From positions 4,288,001 through 4,352,000 of the forward strand of contig CBDCWI010000002.1 in the NCBI GenBank assembly GCA_965223325.1: a stretch of DNA of 64,000 bases, given 5' to 3'. Shown one piece after another: positions 1-10,094 of this stretch. The position numbers and the translations under genes were made by a program. The notes under the pieces are model-generated. The model was not told the DNA's origin, ran no database searches, and was given only the letters and a program-made list of their open reading frames with translations. Each line of letters begins with the position of its first letter. The first letter of the stretch is position 1. This DNA comes from Candidatus Multivoradales bacterium. GTDB taxonomy: Bacteria > Acidobacteriota > Thermoanaerobaculia > Multivoradales > Multivoraceae.

Positions 1-1214
1 AGATTCAGGAATTCCCGCCGTAGAACCATTCCCGACCCTGGCGCCTTGGTCATCAACATCATCTTGATGAACTCATCCGGCTGGAGCCGGATCACGAGGC
101 GATTGGGCTGGAGAATGTCGCCGAGCTCACGGAACATGACGTGAGGCACTTCCCGAAACTGAATCACCACCTCTGACACTGGGTGCCCCATTCGTTTCCC
201 GGTGCGCAGGTAGAACGGCACTCCGGCCCAGCGCCAGTTGTCGATCTCGACTTTGAGCGCGACGAATGTCTCGGTCGTCGAGTCGACTGCGACGTTCGCC
301 TCCTCGAGGTATCCGACCACTGGAGTCGAGGCAATCGCCCCCTCTCGATACTGTCCGCGCACCGTCTTCTCCACCACGTCTCCGGGAGAAAAGGGTCTAA
401 GCGACTGGAGGACCTTGAGCTTCTCCTGCCGAATGGCCTCCGGCTCGAGACGGGCCGGCGGTTCCATTGCTGTCAGGCAGAGAAGTTGCAGGAGGTGGTT
501 CTGCACCATGTCCCGCAGTGCTCCGGTTCCGTCGTAGTAGGGGCCGCGCCCTTCGATGCCGAGACTTTCGGCCACCGTGATCTGGACATGGTCGATGTGT
601 TGCGACCTCCACAATGGCTCGAAAAGAGCGTTGCCGAAACGCAACGCCATGAGGTTCTGGACAGTCTCCTTCCCGAGATAGTGGTCGATTCGAAAGATCT
701 GCGATTCGTCGAAGACCGCACCGACAGCGCGGTTGATTGCGTGCGCTGATTCGAGGTCGTGGCCGATTGGTTTCTCGAGCACGATGCGCGTCGACCCGGT
801 TACCAATCCGGCATCCGCGATCGCACGGCTTATGTCGCCATATAGATGCGGCGACGTTGCGAGGTAGAAGACCCGGACCCGGTCCTCGTGACCGGCAAAC
901 TGCTCGGCCAAGGGCTTGTAACTCGCAGGTTCGGTGGCGGACATCTCAAAGTAGTGAATTCGCTCAACGAAGCGAGCACGGGCCTCCTCGCAGCGTTTGC
1001 TCTTGTCGACGGATTCCCAGGCTCGGCCTACCGTCTGCTCGAGGTAGTCCTCGCGGCTCCCCGGTTGGCGCGCGATTGCGAAAATGCGACCCGAATCGCT
1101 GATTCTTCGATCGCGGTCAAGAACGTAGAGAGCGGGAAGCAGCTTACGAGTCGCCAGATCACCCGTCCCTCCAATCACCACGATGTCAAACGGCAGTCCA
1201 GTGCGCTCCGTCAT
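1..1214 (-). CDS. zwf: Glucose-6-phosphate 1-dehydrogenase (3' end runs off the window)
   Basis: Translated by hand (absent from the ORF track): begins [30 protein letters not shown] and contains [16 protein letters not shown] and [12 protein letters not shown]. Its ATG overlaps the eda stop (ATGA). Confidence 0.96.
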   Translation of the reverse strand, partial: MTERTGLPFDIVVIGGTGDLATRKLLPALYVLDRDRRISDSGRIFAIARQPGSREDYLEQTVGRAWESVDKSKRCEEARARFVERIHYFEMSATEPASYKPLAEQFAGHEDRVRVFYLATSPHLYGDISRAIADAGLVTGSTRIVLEKPIGHDLESAHAINRAVGAVFDESQIFRIDHYLGKETVQNLMALRFGNALFEPLWRSQHIDHVQITVAESLGIEGRGPYYDGTGALRDMVQNHLLQLLCLTAMEPPARLEPEAIRQEKLKVLQSLRPFSPGDVVEKTVRGQYREGAIASTPVVGYLEEANVAVDSTTETFVALKVEIDNWRWAGVPFYLRTGKRMGHPVSEVVIQFREVPHVMFRELGDILQPNRLVIRLQPDEFIKMMLMTKAPGSGMVLRREFLN

Positions 1215-1831
1215 GGCTGACTCACCTCGAGGGCTCGATCTGTGATCTCACTGAAGCGTTCGGCCTCGATGAGATTGGGCGGTGTCAACCAACCGCCACC
1301 GGCGCAGAGAACGTTCGGGAGCTCGAGGTAGTCCGCCAGGTTGTGAGGGCCGATCCCTCCGGTGGGACAGAAGGAGAGGTCGGGCAACGGGCCGGCTATA
1401 GATCGCAGGAGCCTGGGTCCACCGACCGCCTCGGCAGGGAAAAGCTTCTGTACGTCGAAGCCCGCCTCGCGTGCGACGAGGGCTTCCGAGGCTGTCGAAA
1501 CTCCGGGAAGAAATGGACATTGCGAGTCGCGCGCCGCCGCGAGAAGCTCGGGGGTGCAGCCAGGGCTCACGGCAAAGGCCGCATTCACTCGATTCGCGGC
1601 CTCGAGGTCGGATGGCGTCGTGACTGTGCCGACCCCTACGACGAGTTCTGGAAGTTCCGCTCGGACGCGCTCGACGCACTCCAGGGCAGCGGGTGTGCGC
1701 ATGGTGATCTCCACCACACCGAGACCGCCGCGCAAAAGGGCCCTCGCGACCTCGACGCCCCGACGCGGATCGTCGAGGGTGACTACGGGAAGCACCCTGA
1801 CCCCCTCGAAGAGCTGCTTCATTCCCGGCAT
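1211..1831 (-). CDS. eda: KDPG/KHG aldolase
   Basis: Motifs [29 protein letters not shown] and FCPTGGI. Start at ATG 1831 or 1822 rather than 1864. Confidence 0.95.
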   Translation of the reverse strand: MPGMKQLFEGVRVLPVVTLDDPRRGVEVARALLRGGLGVVEITMRTPAALECVERVRAELPELVVGVGTVTTPSDLEAANRVNAAFAVSPGCTPELLAAARDSQCPFLPGVSTASEALVAREAGFDVQKLFPAEAVGGPRLLRSIAGPLPDLSFCPTGGIGPHNLADYLELPNVLCAGGGWLTPPNLIEAERFSEITDRALEVSQP

Positions 1832-1850
1832 ACTCACCGTAAGTGCCCAA

Positions 1851-1864
1851 CTAAAACGTTTCAC
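1851..1864. promoter_or_regulatory. Putative LacI-family operator between the divergent eda and edd genes
   Basis: CTAAAACGTTTCAC (minus strand GTGAAACGTTTTAG), a CG-centred imperfect palindrome that resembles the site at 12462-12475. Confidence 0.6.
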
Positions 1865-1891
1865 TTCACGTTCGGGGATACACTAGCAGGA

Positions 1892-3766
1892 ATGACTCAA
1901 CTTCACGCAACGATTCAGAAAGTCACCGAGCGGGTACGTGCGCGAAGTGCCAACAGCCGACGTGCGTACCTCCGCCGCATCGAAGCGGCCCGCCGTCGAG
2001 AACGGCGGCGAGGCGCTCTCGGCTGCTCAAACCTCGCCCATGGTTTCGCGGCTTGTTCACTCGCTGACAAGGAAGCCCTCGAAGGCGAGGAAGCTCCGAA
2101 CGTTGGGATCGTCACGGCCTACAACGACATGCTCTCGGCGCATCAGCCCTTCGAGGCCTATCCCGAAGAGATTCGCACAGCGGTTCGCGAGGTCGGCGGC
2201 GTCGCACAGGTCGCCGGTGGGGTACCAGCGATGTGTGACGGTGTCACCCAGGGGCGTGAGGGGATGGAACTCTCCCTCTTCAGCCGCGACGTCATCGCGA
2301 TGTCGACGGCTGTCGCGCTCTCTCACGACATGTTCGACGCCGCGCTGTGCTTTGGTGTCTGCGACAAAATCGTCCCCGGTCTCCTCATTGGCACGCTGTC
2401 CTTCGGCCATCTGCCAGTGATCTTTATTCCAGCGGGTCCCATGCCCTCTGGGCTTTCCAACCGCGAGAAGGCCAGGGTCCGCCAGCAGTTCGCCGAAGGC
2501 AAGATAGGACGCGACGAGCTGCTCGCTGCCGAGTCCGCGTCGTATCACTCCCCGGGTACGTGTACCTTCTTCGGAACCGCGAACAGCAACCAGATGTTCA
2601 TGGAGATCATGGGCCTGCAGCTTCCAGGAACTTCCTTCGTGAATCCCGGCACGCCGCTTCGCACTGCACTCACCCGCGCTGCTGCACAACGCGCCGTGGC
2701 GCTCGCGCGTACCGAAGGCGCGCCATCGATCGGCGAGATCGTCGACGAACGGGCCATCGTGAACGCCGTGGTCGGCCTGCTAGCCACTGGCGGTTCGACG
2801 AACCACACGATCCACCTGGTGGCCGTAGCGCGAGCCGCCGGAATCAAACTCGATTGGGCCGACTTCGACGATCTATCTCAATGCGTACCCCTTCTGACGC
2901 GGATCTACCCCAACGGTTCGGCGGACGTGAATCACTTCCATGCCGCTGGTGGTCTCGCGTGGGTGATTTCCGAACTCGCCGACGCTGGTCTCCTCCACGA
3001 CGACGTAACAACAATCGCCGACGGCGAAGGACTCGCCCCCTACAGACAGCAAGCCTTCTGGAACGACGAGCTGGCCTGGAAGCCGGTCATTGCTAGCGAA
3101 GACGAAGAGCTCGTCCGTTGTGTCGCCGCTCCCTTCCAATCGACTGGCGGCCTGCGGGTTCTCAGCGGCCGCCTCGGCCGCGCCATCGCCAAGACATCGG
3201 CGGTTGCTCCGGAGCGCCGTCGGATCGAAGCGCCGGCCCTCGTCTTCAACTCACAAGAAGCGCTCCGCTTCGCTTTCGAGAGCGGAGCTCTTCGTCGCGA
3301 CTTCATCGCCGTGGTTCGTTTCCAGGGTCCCAGAGCCAACGGAATGCCCGAGCTCCACGCCCTCTTGCCGCTCCTCGGAGTTCTGCAAGACCAGGGTCAT
3401 CGGGTTGCCCTGGTGACCGACGGCCGCCTTTCAGGAGCTTCCGGAAAGGTCCCTTCCGCGATCCACGTCACACCCGAAGCTGTCGGAGGGGGACCCCTTG
3501 CTCGAGTGCACGATGGAGACTCGATGGTGCTCGACCTCGAGGAGGGGAGGCTCGACGTCGAGGTCGACGAAACGATCTGGAACGGTCGTGAGCCGGTGGT
3601 ACCGGATCTTGGCTCCTTCGAACACGGGATGGGGCGTGAATTGTTTGCCGCTTTCCGGAGTGGCGTCACGCCGGCTGATCAAGGGGCAACCACCTTCGAG
3701 AAGAGCTGCTCCTCTATGCGGAACGACAGAGCCCACGGGATCGCCACCGACCGCTCTGGCGCCTGA
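1892..3766 (+). CDS. edd: 6-phosphogluconate dehydratase
   Basis: Motifs [46 protein letters not shown] and [11 protein letters not shown]. The real start is MTQLH at 1892. Confidence 0.97.
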   Translation: MTQLHATIQKVTERVRARSANSRRAYLRRIEAARRRERRRGALGCSNLAHGFAACSLADKEALEGEEAPNVGIVTAYNDMLSAHQPFEAYPEEIRTAVREVGGVAQVAGGVPAMCDGVTQGREGMELSLFSRDVIAMSTAVALSHDMFDAALCFGVCDKIVPGLLIGTLSFGHLPVIFIPAGPMPSGLSNREKARVRQQFAEGKIGRDELLAAESASYHSPGTCTFFGTANSNQMFMEIMGLQLPGTSFVNPGTPLRTALTRAAAQRAVALARTEGAPSIGEIVDERAIVNAVVGLLATGGSTNHTIHLVAVARAAGIKLDWADFDDLSQCVPLLTRIYPNGSADVNHFHAAGGLAWVISELADAGLLHDDVTTIADGEGLAPYRQQAFWNDELAWKPVIASEDEELVRCVAAPFQSTGGLRVLSGRLGRAIAKTSAVAPERRRIEAPALVFNSQEALRFAFESGALRRDFIAVVRFQGPRANGMPELHALLPLLGVLQDQGHRVALVTDGRLSGASGKVPSAIHVTPEAVGGGPLARVHDGDSMVLDLEEGRLDVEVDETIWNGREPVVPDLGSFEHGMGRELFAAFRSGVTPADQGATTFEKSCSSMRNDRAHGIATDRSGA

Positions 3767-3823
3767 AGAAGTCAGGTAGTGGCGCCTTCCGGCAAGCGTC
3801 TTGCGGTACGCTCCCCGCTTCTC

Positions 3824-5611
3824 ATGCACAACGACGACCTACCTTCGAACCATGATCGCAGCGAACGGTTTTCGCTTGCGCAACCGCTTTTCCCAGCAGC
3901 GCTCTGCCTTTTTGTTTTCACGGCCCTTGTTGCTGGCTCAACCTGGGCTCAGCAGGCTACAAGACCCGACCTCGAGTTCACCGAGTCCATCGACGTGGAG
4001 CTCATCAATGTCGATGTTTGGGTAACCGATCGATCGGGGGGACTTGCGACCGGCCTCACTGCCGAGGACTTCGAGCTCCTCGAGGATGGAGAGCCGGTCG
4101 AGATTGAGTTCTTCTCGGAGGTTCAAGGAAGTGCGCCGGTGGTCTCGAGCATCGAGCGACGGCTCGCTGGCGAGACCCCACCGTCGCCAAAGCCGGATGC
4201 TTTAGCCACAGCACTCAATCACCTCATCGTCTACTTCGACGAGATGCATTTGCAGCCTTCGAGCCGTCACCGCGCCCTCGACAACATTGCGCAGTTCCTC
4301 TCGACTGAGGAAGTTCCTCCAGAGCGGGTTCTCATTCTCGCTCAGGATCGCCAACTGCGAACCGTCGCCACCTTCGGTTCCAGTTGGTTGGTCCTCGAGG
4401 AGGAGCTCGAGAAGCTTGGCAAGGAGCTCCCAGAGGGCGGCCTGATGGGAAGCGAGAAGCGCCTCGCGTTGCGCGAGCTCCAAGAGCTCTGGACCTGGGC
4501 GAGCTCGGTGGCCCAGGGCGACAGTCCAGATGCTGCCTGCGAGGTCTATCGTCCGCGGGCAGTCCCTGTCGTTGAGAACTACGCGGAAAACAGTCGCGAA
4601 CGGATTGGACAGACCCTGGAGCACCTCGCAAGCACCGCAGCCTTTCTAAACGGCGTCCCCGGAGTGAAAACGCTCCTTTTTGTGTCAGACGCGCTGGAGC
4701 GTGCGCCAGGGACAGACCTTATGCGTTTCATCGACGACCTCTGTCCAATTCACCAGCAGACCTCGATGTTCCTTCTCTCCGACGAGCTTGGCCAGGCTTT
4801 CCGTCGGCTCACGCGACACGCCAACGCCAATCGCGTCGTGATCTACACGCTTCAGGGGACGGGTTTGATGACCGGCTTTACGCAGGGGGCCCAGCAACGC
4901 GGTGGAGTTGGCTTCCGGAGTTCGACGTCCTTCGACACGGCCAAGCGCACAAGCGAACGCGAGGGAATGTCGACACTTGCCGTTGAGACGGGGGGGCGAG
5001 CGATTTTCGATCGCAACAACTTTGCGGAAGAACTCAGAGCGGTCGCACGCGAAATGTCGAACTACTACTCTCTGGCCTACGTTCCACTCCATGATGGCGA
5101 TGGCGGCGATCACGGCATCGAAGTCCGCATCAAGAGAGACGGTATGAAGGTCCGGCATCGCAAGGGCTACCGTGACAAAAGCGCCGACGAGCAGATGACG
5201 GAGCGCCTTCAAGGCGCGGTCTATCTGGGACTGGTCGACAATCCGCTCGGGGTTCGGTTGGGCGCCGGCGACGTGGCCGCGGCGGAGAAGAAGAGGCTAC
5301 GCGTTCCTCTTCACATCGTGGTGCCCTCTGAGAAGGTCACCTTCCTTCCAACCGATGAAGGTGTGATAGCGCAGATCAGCGTCCAGGTTTCGACCCGGAA
5401 CACTCGAGACCAACGGGGGATCTTCGATCACCGAGCGTATCGAGTGCACTGGAAGACGCCGGAGGATCAAGAATCTGTAGTGGTCTCGATCGATCTCGAG
5501 ATGCCGTCGGGCCTGCACATTGTTGCGGTCGCCGTGCGCGATGACGCGACTCGCACGACCTCATACGTTTCGACGAGCATTCAGCTCGAGCCACAGCGGT
5601 CTGGGCCCTAA
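3824..5611 (+). CDS. Secreted acidobacterial VWA-domain protein
   Basis: Signal-like segment ending STWA-QQ, then DVELINVDVWVTD...GLTAEDFELLEDG, LAVETGG and YYSLAY...RHRKGY. Start uncertain (3779 or 3824). Confidence 0.8.
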   Translation: MHNDDLPSNHDRSERFSLAQPLFPAALCLFVFTALVAGSTWAQQATRPDLEFTESIDVELINVDVWVTDRSGGLATGLTAEDFELLEDGEPVEIEFFSEVQGSAPVVSSIERRLAGETPPSPKPDALATALNHLIVYFDEMHLQPSSRHRALDNIAQFLSTEEVPPERVLILAQDRQLRTVATFGSSWLVLEEELEKLGKELPEGGLMGSEKRLALRELQELWTWASSVAQGDSPDAACEVYRPRAVPVVENYAENSRERIGQTLEHLASTAAFLNGVPGVKTLLFVSDALERAPGTDLMRFIDDLCPIHQQTSMFLLSDELGQAFRRLTRHANANRVVIYTLQGTGLMTGFTQGAQQRGGVGFRSSTSFDTAKRTSEREGMSTLAVETGGRAIFDRNNFAEELRAVAREMSNYYSLAYVPLHDGDGGDHGIEVRIKRDGMKVRHRKGYRDKSADEQMTERLQGAVYLGLVDNPLGVRLGAGDVAAAEKKRLRVPLHIVVPSEKVTFLPTDEGVIAQISVQVSTRNTRDQRGIFDHRAYRVHWKTPEDQESVVVSIDLEMPSGLHIVAVAVRDDATRTTSYVSTSIQLEPQRSGP

Positions 5612-7377
5612 GGAGGCGAGGTGTCAGGGCGGTCGACCATCAGGGGCCGGCCGACGACCGATCGCGTGTCGCCGATCTCATCGCGCACCGCGACGACCAA
5701 CCTGTGCGGTCCCGGTCGCATCGTGGCGTCGATGACGCGGTCGATCTCGTCGTTACGGGCGAACTCGATCGCCGACGCAGGAATACGCAGATCGAAGGGA
5801 AGCTCCTGCATGGGGGCATCCCTTCCCTTCTCGTCGGTGGCGCCAAAATAGATCATCAGGCGCCCTTGATAGATGTCTCCCCTGGGAAGCAAAACGAGTT
5901 GATCCATAGGAACCCGCACGCGCACCGGAACGATAACTCCCTGGTCGTCGCCCCCGTTTCGTTGTTCTCCTACCTCGAGGGTCACACCCAAAGGGTTCGT
6001 CTGGTAGCCGTGCACCGCGTAGGCCCGAACAGCGTCGTGGATCCGCGTCTCGATCGATTTGTCTCGGTATCCATCCCGGTGACGCACTTTGAGGCCTCGG
6101 CGCGACTCCTTGAGGCGCACTTCGATGCGGTGGTAGCGACCACGGTCGGTTGTGGGAGCTCGGTAGCCGAGTGAGTAGTAGTTTTGAAAGTCACGTGCCA
6201 TGCGCTCGAGGCCGGCGGTCACGTCATTCGTATTCAAGATGGCTCGACCGCCAGTACGGTTCGCCATCAGGCGCAGGGACCCCTGCAGGTTCTTGGCGCG
6301 TACACCATCGACCGCCATGCTCACCGGAATGTGTGAGTTGATCGTCTCGTTTTCGGCACTCATGCCCGAACGCGTCCGCAGACCGCCGGCATCGATGGTG
6401 TAGAAGCTGATTCGGTTGGAGTTCGCCTGTGCAATCACCTGGAGATACCGCGGTGACAGGTCACGCGAGAAGGCCTCTCCAAGCGAAGAAATGTCCGCGA
6501 ATTCTTGCTGAATCGCTTGGTAGAGATCCTGCCCGGGGACCATTGGAATTCCGTCGCTGAGATGCAAGAGCATCTTGCGACCCGGAAGACCCGCCAGGGA
6601 GTCGACCATTTCCCGCAGGCCGTCTAGGGCACGTTGCATCTCGTGGTACTGATGGTCGGCAAACTGCTTGGCGCGAAACTGGGCGTTGTGTAGGGATTGA
6701 GTCTCGAAGATCTCTTTCAGCGCGTCGCGACGCTCAGACTCACGTTCCATCACACTGCCCGAGACCCCTTCTAGATCAAGCAGAGCTCGATTCACGGTCT
6801 CGGCACTCGACGTAAATGGTTGGCGAACGTGGAGCGATCGATCGTAGGACGCCACCATCACCTGGTCGTCAACGGTCACGGTTTCCCGCAAGAAGCCACG
6901 AAGTCGACTGAACACGCGGTTGCGATGAAGCGGATGAATGTTCCAGTTGTCGACGAAAACAATCAGATATAGACGCTGTGAACTGTCTGTGACCGGTTCC
7001 TCGCTGAGCTCGGCGACTGCCTGGGAGGCTTCCCTCTGTAGAGAGGTGTCTGCCTCAGGAGCGATGAAGTCTTGTTCGCTCTTATCGGCAGACGAGGCGC
7101 CTTCGGCGCGATAGAAGTTGACGATCTCAACCGGCTTTCCATCCTCGAAGACGACGAAATCATCTCGGGTGAGGCCTAGGACAGGTTCGTCACTTCGGTT
7201 GGTGACATAGACCTCGACGTTGACGATGTCGACAGCGACATGGTCCGTAAACGGCGGAGCGTCTGAAGACAATCGCCCTGGAGTTTCCTGCCCGGGAATC
7301 ACCGTCGCCGACAGGAAAACCGCCAGGCCCAAGAGCCCAGTTCGGGCAGGGGTCCTATGGGCGACGCCTGACCTCAT
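5608..7377 (-). CDS. Secreted acidobacterial VWA-domain protein (paralog of the convergent gene)
   Basis: Motifs VDIVNVEVYVTN...GLTRDDFVVFEDG, LPGRKMLLHLSDG, MANRTGG and YYSLGY...RHRDGY. Confidence 0.85.
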   Translation of the reverse strand: MRSGVAHRTPARTGLLGLAVFLSATVIPGQETPGRLSSDAPPFTDHVAVDIVNVEVYVTNRSDEPVLGLTRDDFVVFEDGKPVEIVNFYRAEGASSADKSEQDFIAPEADTSLQREASQAVAELSEEPVTDSSQRLYLIVFVDNWNIHPLHRNRVFSRLRGFLRETVTVDDQVMVASYDRSLHVRQPFTSSAETVNRALLDLEGVSGSVMERESERRDALKEIFETQSLHNAQFRAKQFADHQYHEMQRALDGLREMVDSLAGLPGRKMLLHLSDGIPMVPGQDLYQAIQQEFADISSLGEAFSRDLSPRYLQVIAQANSNRISFYTIDAGGLRTRSGMSAENETINSHIPVSMAVDGVRAKNLQGSLRLMANRTGGRAILNTNDVTAGLERMARDFQNYYSLGYRAPTTDRGRYHRIEVRLKESRRGLKVRHRDGYRDKSIETRIHDAVRAYAVHGYQTNPLGVTLEVGEQRNGGDDQGVIVPVRVRVPMDQLVLLPRGDIYQGRLMIYFGATDEKGRDAPMQELPFDLRIPASAIEFARNDEIDRVIDATMRPGPHRLVVAVRDEIGDTRSVVGRPLMVDRPDTSPP

Positions 7378-9092
7378 GGTTTCGCCTCTTTCTTGCGGCG
7401 CACCTGATGAATGCGGTCGACCTTGACGTTCTCTTCGACGTCAAAGGAACCATCGGCCCAAAGCACTTCGAGTCGGTCGACTTTCGAAGCTCCCCCGAGC
7501 CCAAAGTGCTGACGTAGGTCACTCTGCGAGAGATACGAGGTGCCGCTTCGGACGATCCGGCGCTGCGCTTGGCCGTCCGCCTCGACGGTGATCACGGCTC
7601 CCAGGACCTCGGCACCGGTTGCGCCCACCAAATCAACCAGCAGCCAATGACCAGCGTCGGGGGTCTGGTTGTGCAGAATCTGCGGCGAACCGTCAAGATC
7701 GTTGATGACCACATCAAGGCGCCCATCGTTGTCTAGATCACCGACCGCGAGACCGCGGCTCACTCTCTCCTGGGTGAAAGGCTCGCCGAGTTGCTCAGCG
7801 ATCTCGGTGAACGTGCCGTCCTTTTGATTGCGATAGAAGAGCTTGCGTTGACGATAGCCGGCCGATGCTCCGAGTCGTGTCGCCTTCATCTGCGGGTAGA
7901 CGTGGCCGTTCGCAACCACCAGATCTAGCCATCCGTCGTTGTCAGGATCGAAGAACGCGGTCCCCCAACCTACGAAGGGCAGGCTCGAAGGGGCGGTCTT
8001 GGTCGCAAACGATGAGTCGACGAAGAAGTCTCTGTCGGACCCATAGAAGACGTTGTACTCCTCTGAGAAGTTGGTCACGAAGAGGTTCGTCGAGCCGTTG
8101 TTGCGGACGTCACCGAGTGCTATACCCATCGATCCCTGCTCGGCGCCGTCGCCGCTGACGGCGATGCCCAGGGGGAAGCCCTCTTCCAGAAACGTGCCGT
8201 TCTTCTGATTGCGGTAGAAGAGATTCGGGCCGGAGTCGTTGGCAACGAATAGATCCAGCCACCCGTCACCATCTACATCGAACCAGCTCACACCGAGTCC
8301 GAAGTACTCCTCAGGATCAGCAACCCCCGCCTTGGCGGCAACCTCCTCGAAGCCCCCCGACCCATCATTTCGAAACAGGAGGTCGCCGGAGCCAGGCAAC
8401 CCTCGCGGCCCGCACTGGACTTCAATGCCTCGGTACATGCAGAAGCGTCCCTTGCCAAACTCGGGGAGATTGTCGAGCGAGACTTCGACGTAGCGACTCA
8501 CGAAGAGATCAACGTCACCATCGCGGTCGTAGTCCGCAAATCCACAACCGGCCGACCAACCATCGGCCAGGATTCCGGCTCGCTCGGTGTTGTCCTCAAA
8601 GGTGCCGTCGCCCTGGTTACGGTAGAGCCGGTCAGGGCCAACCGTTGTCACGTAGAGGTCAACGTGGCCGTCTCCGTCGTAGTCACCGACGCAGGCGCCC
8701 ATTCCCCAACCCGGGAAAGCGACTCCTGCATCACGAGCGACATCCTCAAAACGCATTCCCCCGAGGTTCTTGTAAAGCGCACTGGGGGCGCTTTGTGAAT
8801 CCGACGCCGTCGCGACCGTGAGCGCATTCACGAAGTAGATGTCGAGGAGACCATCGTCGTCGTAGTCGAAGAGCGCGACACCGCCCGCCATCGATTCCAG
8901 GATGTATTTCTTCTCGGGCGCCGAGTTCTGCCGAAAGGTGATCCCTGACTCGGCCAGGACATCGTCGAAGACCAACAGGGCTTCCTCGCCCTTGGTTGTC
9001 GACTGGGCCGGCGAACCTTTGGCTGAAGACGACGGCGCGACTGAAGCAAGCAACACGCAAGCGCCGAAGATCGTGAGCGAGTAGGCCTTCAT
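7374..9092 (-). CDS. CRTAC1-family protein (FG-GAP repeats plus ASPIC/UnbV domain)
   Basis: Signal peptide, repeated DYDxDGxxD motifs, and C-terminal SGTSYLSQSDLRQHFGLG. GAGGGA ribosome-binding site before ATG 9092. Confidence 0.9.
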   Translation of the reverse strand: MKAYSLTIFGACVLLASVAPSSSAKGSPAQSTTKGEEALLVFDDVLAESGITFRQNSAPEKKYILESMAGGVALFDYDDDGLLDIYFVNALTVATASDSQSAPSALYKNLGGMRFEDVARDAGVAFPGWGMGACVGDYDGDGHVDLYVTTVGPDRLYRNQGDGTFEDNTERAGILADGWSAGCGFADYDRDGDVDLFVSRYVEVSLDNLPEFGKGRFCMYRGIEVQCGPRGLPGSGDLLFRNDGSGGFEEVAAKAGVADPEEYFGLGVSWFDVDGDGWLDLFVANDSGPNLFYRNQKNGTFLEEGFPLGIAVSGDGAEQGSMGIALGDVRNNGSTNLFVTNFSEEYNVFYGSDRDFFVDSSFATKTAPSSLPFVGWGTAFFDPDNDGWLDLVVANGHVYPQMKATRLGASAGYRQRKLFYRNQKDGTFTEIAEQLGEPFTQERVSRGLAVGDLDNDGRLDVVINDLDGSPQILHNQTPDAGHWLLVDLVGATGAEVLGAVITVEADGQAQRRIVRSGTSYLSQSDLRQHFGLGGASKVDRLEVLWADGSFDVEENVKVDRIHQVRRKKEAKP

Positions 9093-9125
9093 CGGTTGAA
9101 CTTCCCTCGGCATCCCATCGCAGAC

Positions 9126-10094
9126 CTAACGTTCATCCTCCCCGGCGGACAGCGTCGGACGGTAGGTGCGCAGGGAGATGAGGTGCTCTTCTTCGGCTGC
9201 GAGCGCCGACCGGTAGAGCTCTAAGTGATGGTTCGAACGGTCGTGCTCTCTCAGACGAGTGTATGCCAGGCTCAGCTGGTAGTGCGCCCTGGCCAGCGCG
9301 GGGTCTCCTTCAACCGCACGCAGGAGCGCATCACGGGCCTCTTCGTATCGGCCTTCGCTCATCCGGATCTTGCCGATGATGTAGAGAGCCAGCGCAGAGT
9401 CCGGGTTCGACTGAAGACCCCGCTCTGCACTTGCTTCTGCCGGACCGTACTCACCGAGGCCCTCCTGAACCTCTGCCAGAGCGACCAGAGTCGGCAGGTC
9501 GCCTGGCATCCGCTGCGAGGCAAGCTGCAGCACTCGTTGGGCCTCGGCGAGCTCCTTGCCATCTCGCAGTGCCATTCCCAGGGCGAGCAGGGAGCGACCG
9601 TCACCGGGTCGGAGTTCGAGTGCGCGGCGCAGCGACGCGATGCCGCTACTCGTCTCAGCGATCTGTAGCTTGGCCACGCCGAGAAGATAGGCGGCGTCTG
9701 CATCGTGGGGGCGCATGCGCACCAGAGCTTCAAGGGTCAAGACGGCAGGAGCTGGCGCCCGTAGGGCGAGGAGAACCCGCGCCCTGGCGCTGAGTAGGCG
9801 AGTCGCATTCGGCGCTTTTTCGATGGCCAGGTCGAGCTCGTGTAACGACGCCTGGTTGTCTCCGGCGCGCGCGAGTCCACGTGCCAACTCAAAGCGAGCA
9901 CTCACCGAGTCACTTCGGCTCACCGCCAACCGAAGGCGTTCCAACTCCTCTTGAGCACTGGGTTCTTGCGGCGAGGAGGTCAGCGCACCGAGGCCGGTGA
10001 TCGAGAAGGTGAGGATGAAAAGCGTGGCCATCCCCAGAAGCAGAGTGCAATGGGACAAGCGACGAGCCCGTTGTGAGGGTCGGGAGCCGATCAT
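9126..10094 (-). CDS. Exported tetratricopeptide repeat protein
   Basis: N-terminal hydrophobic segment followed by TPR consensus repeats (AAYLLGVA, ALALYIIGKI, ARAHYQLSLAY). Confidence 0.85.
   Translation of the reverse strand: MIGSRPSQRARRLSHCTLLLGMATLFILTFSITGLGALTSSPQEPSAQEELERLRLAVSRSDSVSARFELARGLARAGDNQASLHELDLAIEKAPNATRLLSARARVLLALRAPAPAVLTLEALVRMRPHDADAAYLLGVAKLQIAETSSGIASLRRALELRPGDGRSLLALGMALRDGKELAEAQRVLQLASQRMPGDLPTLVALAEVQEGLGEYGPAEASAERGLQSNPDSALALYIIGKIRMSEGRYEEARDALLRAVEGDPALARAHYQLSLAYTRLREHDRSNHHLELYRSALAAEEEHLISLRTYRPTLSAGEDER

Noticed and set aside
183-1220. Plus-strand ORFs over the first 1.2 kb
   Set aside because: They are antisense shadows of zwf on the minus strand, which is missing from the track because its stop lies outside the window.
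1343-1891. 183-aa N-terminal extension of Edd in the ORF track
   Set aside because: It lies antisense to eda, and Edd-like sequence begins at MTQLH (1892).
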